This document shows positions 57,457-64,000 of a stretch of 64,000 nt of DNA, one piece after another; position 1 is the first letter of the stretch; each line of letters opens with the position of its first letter. The DNA is from Nannocystis bainbridge (GTDB lineage: Bacteria > Myxococcota_A > Polyangia > Nannocystales > Nannocystaceae). The translations under genes and the position numbers were made by a program. The stretch is from positions 2,144,001 to 2,208,000 of the forward strand of contig NZ_JAQNDL010000001.1 in the NCBI RefSeq assembly GCF_028368995.1, read 5' to 3'. The notes beneath the pieces are model-generated. The model made no database searches. It was given only the letters and a program-made list of their open reading frames with translations, and had not been told where the DNA came from.

Positions 57457-58368
57457 ATGCGCACGCGCTTTCGAGCCTCCACTGCCTTCCTGCTCGTTGC
57501 AGCTTGCATATTTGCTTGCCAAGACGATTCCTCGGGGACCCCTGGCACGACGACCACGATGACTTCTGGGCCATCGTCGAGTCCGTCTGGGTCGGACAGC
57601 GCGGGCTCTACGACTGACGGCCCCAACACGAGCTTCGGGTCTGGCACCGAAACCGGCGGGTCGAACCCGCACGAAATCTGCCAGCGCTATCTTGCTTGCA
57701 TCGCCGAAGTATCGCCCGGAGGGCTGCCAGAGGCGCAGATGGGCTTCGGCGAGAACGGCTCTTGCTGGCAGGGCAGCGACGCGGAGGCGCAACTCTGCAT
57801 TGATGCCTGCCGGTCGGCGCTTGAGATGTACAACGAGCTGTTCCCCGAAGAGATGACTTGCGCCCAGTGCCACGCCGATTCCGAATGCGATACAACGGCA
57901 GGCGAGGTTTGTTTCTTGGGTAATTGCGCAGTCACCAGCTGCGGGGATGGGGTTGTCGATCCCACCGAGATGTGCGATTCACAGCCAAGCTGCGACGAGG
58001 ACTGCCAGGGGCCTCAACAGTGCAATCCTCTCTCCAATTATCCCTGTCCGGAGTTCGAGGTCTGCTACTTGGACGACCAGCAGCCTGATCTGCTCGACGC
58101 GCATTGTTCACAGGAGTTCAGTGCGGCGGGGCTCGGTCAGTCCTGTGGCTTCGATGTCAGCAGGCGCTGCGTTGATCGAATGGGATGCGTTCCCAAAGAC
58201 TTTGATCCCACCTGCATCGCCCTCGGGGACGACGGGTGTTGCCAGCCGCTATGCGACCTCGGCGTCCCGGAATCATGCGAGATGGGCCGCACGTGCATCG
58301 CTTATCAGGACTACTTCGGCGCCTTTCCCCCAGAACTCGGCTTCCTCGGGGTCTGCGTCCTATCCTAA
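57457..58368 (+). CDS. Cys-rich myxobacterial-type lipoprotein
   Basis: AGGAG RBS; ACIFAC lipobox; S/T linker; CGDGVVDPTEMCD, CNPL, CCQPLCDL, LGVC. Confidence 0.8.
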   Translation: MRTRFRASTAFLLVAACIFACQDDSSGTPGTTTTMTSGPSSSPSGSDSAGSTTDGPNTSFGSGTETGGSNPHEICQRYLACIAEVSPGGLPEAQMGFGENGSCWQGSDAEAQLCIDACRSALEMYNELFPEEMTCAQCHADSECDTTAGEVCFLGNCAVTSCGDGVVDPTEMCDSQPSCDEDCQGPQQCNPLSNYPCPEFEVCYLDDQQPDLLDAHCSQEFSAAGLGQSCGFDVSRRCVDRMGCVPKDFDPTCIALGDDGCCQPLCDLGVPESCEMGRTCIAYQDYFGAFPPELGFLGVCVLS

Positions 58369-58562
58369 GCCAAACGGCACGCCCCCAGAGCTACCCTTTC
58401 CTCATGCCGCGACCACGACCGCCTCGGCGGAAATGACAATCAGCGGCGGGCGGAAGCGGGGGTGGCGTTCAGGGATTCTCGACTCGGTCGAGAGCAGGGA
58501 GATCATGCGAGTTTACGCGTCGACCGGTCGTCCGCTTGCGCGGCCGCAGGGTCGAGGTATTC

Positions 58563-59210
58563 TCAAATGCCCGTGGGGCACGATACTCCGGTGCCACCAA
58601 TCCCACAGTAACCCCCCGGGTTCTTCTCTAAATACTGCTGGTGATAGTCCTCCGCGTAATAGAACGTCGGCGCCGGCAGCACCTCCGTCGTGATCTCGCC
58701 GAAGCCTGCGTCGCGCAGTCGCTTTTGAAAGCCCTCGCGCGACGCCTCGGCCGCGGTCTTCTGCGACTCGCTCGTGTAGTAGATCCCCGAGCGGTACTGC
58801 GTGCCGACGTCGTTGCCCTGGCGCATGCCCTGCGTCGGGTCGTGGTTCTCCCAGAACACCCGCAGCAGCTCCTCGTAGCGGACCCGCTGCGGGTCGAACA
58901 CCACCTGCACCACCTCGTTGTGGCCGGTGCGGCCGCTGCAGACCTCGCGGTAGCTCGGGTTGGGGGTGAAGCCGGCCGCGTAGCCGACCATCGTCGAGAT
59001 CACGCCGGGCACCTGCCAGAACTTGCGCTCGGCGCCCCAGAAGCAGCCCAGGCCGAAGATGGCGATCTCGGCGCCGGCGGGGAACGGCGCGGACATCGGG
59101 CCGCCGAGGACCACGTGCTGCGCGGCGACCGGCATCGCCGTGTCGCGGCCGGGGAGCGCCTCGTGCGGGCGCGGCATCTGAACCTTGTCGGAGGAGGCGA
59201 ACCAGGACAT
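58563..59210 (-). CDS. msrA: Peptide-methionine (S)-S-oxide reductase
   Basis: [59 protein letters not shown]. Confidence 0.97.
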   Translation of the reverse strand: MSWFASSDKVQMPRPHEALPGRDTAMPVAAQHVVLGGPMSAPFPAGAEIAIFGLGCFWGAERKFWQVPGVISTMVGYAAGFTPNPSYREVCSGRTGHNEVVQVVFDPQRVRYEELLRVFWENHDPTQGMRQGNDVGTQYRSGIYYTSESQKTAAEASREGFQKRLRDAGFGEITTEVLPAPTFYYAEDYHQQYLEKNPGGYCGIGGTGVSCPTGI

Positions 59211-59346
59211 CCCTCGCAGGGTGACGCATGGCGAGGGCCGCGGCCAGCGGCGGGCCCGGCCGGCGGCGTGCCCGATCGCGCACACGGTGGCGGGCGCGCG
59301 GTCGGGCGCGCGCGGACGGCTCTGCTATCTTCGCCCCCGCCCCCGC

Positions 59347-60123
59347 ATGTCCACGCTCACCCGCGACCGGCTCGTCACGTCCCTGCAGCAGCTCACCGAA
59401 AGCGGCGGGGCCGACAACCACCTGGTCGTCGCTGCGGGGGACCACTACGTGGTCGTGCACGGCCGCCTGGGCGGGTCGGACCTGGCGGTCGAGGTCGTGT
59501 CGAACTTCTACCTCGGGGCCGCGGCCCAGCTGACCCCGGCGCGGCTGCGGTCGCTCGGCGATCGCGGCTACTTCGAGCGCAGCGGCTTCAACAACCTGTT
59601 CCGCGACGTGCGGCTGGTCGGGGCCGACGCGGCCGGCAAGCTGGCCGACGAGCTGCTGGCCCTGTTCGCCCAGATCTTCGGGGTCGAGGCCGACGCGCCG
59701 GCGACGTTCGACCTGCAGCTCGGCGACCCCGAGCCGACGCGCAACCCCGACCTGGTGCGGGCGATGAAGCAGCTGGCGGTGCGCCGCGACATGGACGCGC
59801 GCCAGCGGGTCTACGTGGCGGTGATGAACGCGACCTTCCTGATGCCCATCAACCCCGCGGGCCGCATCCCTGACGAGCCGCTCGAGGTCGACCGGCTCGG
59901 CAACTTCCCGGTGATCGCGGCCTTCACCGAGGTCGACTCGCTGCGGCTGTGGCAGCCGAAGGGCTGGCCGTTCGCGCTGGTGCCGGGGTCGCGGCTGGTG
60001 CCGATCGCGGTGTCGCGGCGGGTCGGCTCGCTGCTGGTGAACCCGCGCGGCAACGTCGGCGGCGAGCTCTACATCAACGAGCTCGAGTCGATCGAGGGCG
60101 CGCTGCGCCGCCGCAACAACTAG
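59347..60123 (+). CDS. SseB-family domain protein with an additional N-terminal domain
   Basis: C-terminal FLMP..IAAFT..L..W..LLVNP..G motif set. Confidence 0.65.
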   Translation: MSTLTRDRLVTSLQQLTESGGADNHLVVAAGDHYVVVHGRLGGSDLAVEVVSNFYLGAAAQLTPARLRSLGDRGYFERSGFNNLFRDVRLVGADAAGKLADELLALFAQIFGVEADAPATFDLQLGDPEPTRNPDLVRAMKQLAVRRDMDARQRVYVAVMNATFLMPINPAGRIPDEPLEVDRLGNFPVIAAFTEVDSLRLWQPKGWPFALVPGSRLVPIAVSRRVGSLLVNPRGNVGGELYINELESIEGALRRRNN

Positions 60124-60164
60124 CGAGGCACGGCGCCGACGCGGGCGCGGCACGAGGGGGCGCG

Positions 60165-61094
60165 ATGGAGGGCGAGTTCTCGAGCACCACGACCTTGACC
60201 GCGGACGAGCGGCGCGAGCTGTACGCCCGCCGCGACGGTCCCGGGCTGCGCAGGTTCACGGTCCAGCTCGCCCTGCTGGCGGCCTCGGCGGCCGCCGTGG
60301 TCGCGCTCGCCGACGCCGACGCGTGGTGGTTCTGGCCGGCGTTCGCGGCCTACAGCGTACTGCTGGCGTCGATGTTCGCGCCGATGCACGAGGCCGGCCA
60401 CGGCACCGCCTTCGCCAGCAAGCAGCTCAACCGCCGGGTGTTGCAGATCGCCGCGAACCTGTCGCTGCTGCCCCCGACCGCGTTCGTCGCCTTCCACTTC
60501 GAGCACCATCGCAAGACCCACGAGGTCGGCGACCCCGAGATCCCCGGCGGCAACCTCGAGCTGGCGGCCTGGCCCAAGAACCCGATCGCGGCGCTGATCG
60601 TGCTCAGCGGGCTGCCGCTGCTGCTCGGCAAGCTGATCGTGCTGCTCACCCTGGTGGTGCCGCGCGGGCCGCAGTGGTTCGACAAGTGGCTGCCGTGGCT
60701 GCCCGCGGCCCAGCGCCCGGCGACGATCGCCGAGGCGCGGCGGATCCTCGCCGGCCTGGCCGCGCTGGCGCTGCTGGCCTGGCAGGTGTGGCCGCCGCTG
60801 GGCTGGCTGCTGGCCGGCTTGGCCGGCGCGCACGTGGTCCTCGGGCCGTACCTCGCGGCCGAGCACACCGGCATGCCGACCACCGGCGACGTGCTGGCGC
60901 GCACGCGATCGATCCGCAGCAACGCGGTCGTCAGGTGGCTGTTCTGGAACATGCCCTACCACGCCGAGCACCACGGCTGGCCCGCCGTGCCGTTCCACGC
61001 CGTGCCGGCCCTGCACCGCCGCGTCGCGCCCGGGCTGCCGCACCGCTACCGCGGGTACCTGCACGTGTACCTGGCGGCGCTGCGCGGCAGGTGA
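60165..61094 (+). CDS. Fatty acid desaturase family protein
   Basis: His boxes HEAGH, HFEHH, AEH and NMPYHAEHH..PAVPFH. Confidence 0.88.
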   Translation: MEGEFSSTTTLTADERRELYARRDGPGLRRFTVQLALLAASAAAVVALADADAWWFWPAFAAYSVLLASMFAPMHEAGHGTAFASKQLNRRVLQIAANLSLLPPTAFVAFHFEHHRKTHEVGDPEIPGGNLELAAWPKNPIAALIVLSGLPLLLGKLIVLLTLVVPRGPQWFDKWLPWLPAAQRPATIAEARRILAGLAALALLAWQVWPPLGWLLAGLAGAHVVLGPYLAAEHTGMPTTGDVLARTRSIRSNAVVRWLFWNMPYHAEHHGWPAVPFHAVPALHRRVAPGLPHRYRGYLHVYLAALRGR

Positions 61095-61100
61095 CCTCGA

Positions 61101-61400
61101 GGACATGCCCCCTGAGGCATGTCCTAGGAACCATGTCCTATTGAGCATGTCCCGTGAGACATGGGATTCCTCGAGCTCGACCGAGGACGCGTCGACGCCC
61201 GGCCGGCATGTCACCTCGGGTCGTCCGGCGGCTTGCCTCGTGCGACCGCGCGGGCTCGACTGGCGTCACGTGGGCCGCAGCGCGGACGACTCATCGCTTC
61301 CCGGCCGGGTTCTACCGCGCCGCGCCTCGGCGGTCCGCCCGACCGGCCAGCGCTCAGCCTCGTGCTCTGTCTCGAAGAACATGTCCTCACAGACATGCTC
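61101..61400. repeat. 14-bp-phased arrays (5 units and 2 units) between convergent desaturase and ftsI
   Basis: Units at 61101, 61115, 61129, 61143 and 61157; pair at 61377 and 61391. Confidence 0.88.
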
Positions 61401-61409
61401 TCGCAGGCG

Positions 61410-63497
61410 TCACTTCTTCGGCGCGAACGCGACCTGCACGACCTTGCCGCTCTCGACCTGGCCGGGGGTCACGTCTTGCGACACGGCGATGCCGGAGCCC
61501 GAGGCGCGCAGCTCGACGTGGTTGCGGCCGGCGAGGTCGAGCGCCTGCGCCAGCGTGAGGCCGGTGAAGTCGGGCATGCCGGTGGTGACCTTGGGGTGGG
61601 CCGTGCCGCTGCCGCGCTCGTCGGAGCCGGGCAGTGACGGCTCGCCGTCGATCTCGGCGAGCACCCCGAGCGCGGCCTCCATCTGCTTGGCGGCCACCAC
61701 CACCGGCTTCGGCGGCGGCGGCGTCTTGCCGTCGTCGCGCGGCACCCCGAGGTGGGTCATGATCTGCCCGCCGAGGCGGGCGAAGCTGGGGGCCGCGACG
61801 TCGTTGCCGTAGTGGGCGCCCTCGGGCACGTCGACCGACACGAGGATCACCACCCGCGGCGCGCGGGCCGGCAGCGCGCCGATGAAGCTCGAGTAGTACA
61901 TGCCGTCGGCGTAGCCCTTGGTGCCGGCCTTCTGCGCCGTCGAGGTCTTGCCGGCCACCAGGTAACCGGCGACGTGGGCGTTGTTGCCGGTGCCGAGCTC
62001 GGTGTGGACGACGTCCTCGAGCATGCGCATCACGGACTTGGCGGTCGAGCTGCGGACCAGGCGCTCGCCCTCGGGCGCGTGCTCCCACACGCTGCCGCCG
62101 CGGGCGTCGAGGATCTTCTGGACGATGGTGGGGTCGTGATAGACGCCGTCGTTGGCCAGCGCGCCGAAGGCCGCGGTCACCTGCAGCGGCGACGCGGCCA
62201 TGCCCTGGCCGAACGCGATGTTGGCCATCTGGATGTCGGACCACTTCTCCGGCGGCGCCAACAGGCCCGCGGTCGCGCCCGGCAGCTGGACCCCGGGGCG
62301 CTCGCCGAAGTGGAACTTCTTGACCCACTTCGAGAGCGTCTGCTTGCCGAGGCGGTCGGCGATCTTGGTCGTGCAGATGTTCGACGACGCCGCCAGGATC
62401 TCCGTCACCGTCAGCCACTCGGCCGCGTGCGCGTCGTGGATCGTGTTGCGCGGGGTGTACTTCCAGCGGCCCTTCTCGCAGTAGAACGTCTCGTTCTCGC
62501 GCACCGCCCCGAGCTCGAGCGCGGCCGCCACGGTCACCGCCTTGAGCGTCGAGCCGGGCTCGTAGGCGGCCTGCACGGCCAGGTTCTGGGTCTGCTGGGC
62601 CTTCTCGACCGGGTGGTTGGGGTCGAAGGTCGGCCGGTTGGCCAGGGCGAGGATCTCGCCGTTGCGCGGGTCGAGCACCAGGATCGAGGTGCCGACCGGG
62701 TTCCACTGGCGGACGAGGGTGTTGATCTCCTCCTCGACCATCGCCTGGATCGCCGAGTCGATCGTCAGCACCACCGTGTCGCCGCGCGCGACCCCGGGGT
62801 CGGGCACGCCGTCGACCAGCAGCTTCTTGCCGGCCGCGAAGTAGGCCGGCGACAGCGCCTCGCGCCCGCGCAGCTGCATGTCGAGCCCGAGCTCGACGCC
62901 AGCGGTGCCGCTGCCCTGGGCGCCGACGCGGCCGAGCACGTGCGAGGCCAGGAGCCCGCGCGGGTACACGCGCGCGGTCGACGGCTCGAACGACACGCCG
63001 GGGATGCCCTTGGCCTGCAGCGCGGTCACCTGCGCGTCGGACAGGGGCAGGCGCAGCAAGCGATAGGCCTTGTCCTTGGCGATCTCCTCGCGCAGGTAAT
63101 CGGCGCTCTCGTCGGGCTCGAGCTCCAGCACCGCCTCGACGAGCGCCTCCTCGGCCCCGCGCGCGCGCACGAGGCGGGGGTTGATGGCGATCTTGTGTAC
63201 GCGGTCGTCGACCGCCAGCGTCATGAAGTCGCGGTCGACGATCTCGCCGCGGCTGGCCGCCAGCTTGAAGCTACGCAGCTGCTGGCGGTTGCCCTGCTCG
63301 GCGTAGGCCTCGTGCTCGACGGTGGCGAGCCGGGTCGCCTTGACCCCGGCGCCGACCAGCGCCGCGCAGATCGCCGCGCCGACCAGCGACGCGCGCCGCC
63401 CGACCGCCCGCATGTCGCTCGCCATCGGCGCGGGGATCAGGTTCTTGCGCATGGTGTTGCCGCGCTTTTCGGACATGTTCGATCCGCCCTGTCTCAT
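61410..63497 (-). CDS. ftsI: Cell-division peptidoglycan transpeptidase FtsI/PBP3 with C-terminal PASTA domain
   Basis: RGEIVDR, RVYP.G.LASHVLG, EPGSTLK (SxxK), SSN, GKTSTAQ, MPDFTGLTL (PASTA); follows ftsL with an ATGA overlap. Confidence 0.92.
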   Translation of the reverse strand: MRQGGSNMSEKRGNTMRKNLIPAPMASDMRAVGRRASLVGAAICAALVGAGVKATRLATVEHEAYAEQGNRQQLRSFKLAASRGEIVDRDFMTLAVDDRVHKIAINPRLVRARGAEEALVEAVLELEPDESADYLREEIAKDKAYRLLRLPLSDAQVTALQAKGIPGVSFEPSTARVYPRGLLASHVLGRVGAQGSGTAGVELGLDMQLRGREALSPAYFAAGKKLLVDGVPDPGVARGDTVVLTIDSAIQAMVEEEINTLVRQWNPVGTSILVLDPRNGEILALANRPTFDPNHPVEKAQQTQNLAVQAAYEPGSTLKAVTVAAALELGAVRENETFYCEKGRWKYTPRNTIHDAHAAEWLTVTEILAASSNICTTKIADRLGKQTLSKWVKKFHFGERPGVQLPGATAGLLAPPEKWSDIQMANIAFGQGMAASPLQVTAAFGALANDGVYHDPTIVQKILDARGGSVWEHAPEGERLVRSSTAKSVMRMLEDVVHTELGTGNNAHVAGYLVAGKTSTAQKAGTKGYADGMYYSSFIGALPARAPRVVILVSVDVPEGAHYGNDVAAPSFARLGGQIMTHLGVPRDDGKTPPPPKPVVVAAKQMEAALGVLAEIDGEPSLPGSDERGSGTAHPKVTTGMPDFTGLTLAQALDLAGRNHVELRASGSGIAVSQDVTPGQVESGKVVQVAFAPKK

Positions 63498-63522
63498 CCG
63501 CCATGTCCCTTGGGACCGGTCT
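63471..63522. repeat. 14-bp-phased array, 4 units, across the ftsL/ftsI junction
   Basis: GGACATGTTC at 63471, CGCCCTGTCT at 63485, CGCCATGTCC at 63499, GGACCGGTCT at 63513. Confidence 0.7.
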
Positions 63523-63931
63523 GATTGGACTCGTCACGCAGCCGGATCGCCTGCAGCCGGTCCGGCGTGGCCGGCACCATCTGCATGCGCCCGGCCGCCA
63601 CGTCCTCGATGTAGTCCGGGTGGCGCAGGTAGGCCCGCTCGGCCTCGAGCCGACGCTTCTCGTCGAGCAGGCGCCCGTGCTCGGCCGTCAGCTCGGCGAT
63701 GTCGGCCCCGAGCTCGAGCACCCGCGCCCGCGTCCGCACCTGGACCACGCCGGCCGCGGTCATTAGCCCGAGCGCCAGCATCAACACCAGCGGCAGCCCG
63801 GTCGGCCGGCGCGGCGGCGGCGGCGGCAGGCCGTCGTCGGCGCGCTGGAAGCCGTGCTCGAAGTTCGCCGGGGTCGCGCCGCGCCGCCCGTTGCGGCCGC
63901 GCGCGGGCGCGGTGGTGGGCGGCGGCGTCAT
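63494..63931 (-). CDS. ftsL: Cell division protein FtsL
   Basis: Single TM, coiled coil, LRHPDYIEDVAAGRMQMVP; position between rsmH and ftsI. Confidence 0.85.
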   Translation of the reverse strand: MTPPPTTAPARGRNGRRGATPANFEHGFQRADDGLPPPPPRRPTGLPLVLMLALGLMTAAGVVQVRTRARVLELGADIAELTAEHGRLLDEKRRLEAERAYLRHPDYIEDVAAGRMQMVPATPDRLQAIRLRDESNQTGPKGHGG

Positions 63932-64000
63932 GGCAGCGCGCGCTCCACGACGCGCAGCCGGCTGCTGCGGCTGCGCGGGTTGGCGGCCACCTCGGCGTCG
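63928..64000 (-). CDS. rsmH: 16S rRNA m4C1402 methyltransferase RsmH (MraW), C-terminal end only
   Basis: DAEVAANPRSRSSRLRVVER C-terminal signature, directly upstream of ftsL. Confidence 0.85.
   Translation of the reverse strand, partial: DAEVAANPRSRSSRLRVVERALP

Overview
Very GC-rich bacterial chromosomal DNA, most likely from a myxobacterium. The Nannocystis/Polyangiales-like assignment is inferred from the many Cys/Asp-rich lipoproteins, the TonB-fused receptor and the TSP3-OmpA protein. About 45 genes can be supported. Housekeeping genes are rlmN, phhB, mtnA, murE, msrA and rsmH'-ftsL-ftsI. Also present are two Hsp20 genes (one frameshifted), a decayed gatB paralog, a sugar/redox cluster (ASRT-ribokinase-GH65-LLM plus Gfo), a WYL regulator/GFA pair and a lower-GC patch at about 55.6-58.7 kb. 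No rRNA, tRNA, CRISPR array or transposase was recognised. Three observations stand out. (1) A degenerate palindromic decamer GGAC(A/C)TG(T/C)CC forms exactly 14-bp-phased arrays of 2-8 units in at least 12 intergenic or junction regions. The same TGTCC-N4-GGACA site recurs inside genes, where it coincides with otherwise rare codons, suggesting a genome-wide DNA-level signal. (2) A lipoprotein has acidic Ca-binding repeats and a C-terminal domain that matches the metazoan thrombospondin C-terminal (L-lectin) domain motif by motif; it is divergent from a TraB-like beta-barrel/TSP3/OmpA gene. (3) A translationally coupled pair, metallophosphoesterase-AAA plus AAA-TM-WD40, resembles a sensor/effector NLR-like system. 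All family calls come from motif recognition by eye; no searches were run.
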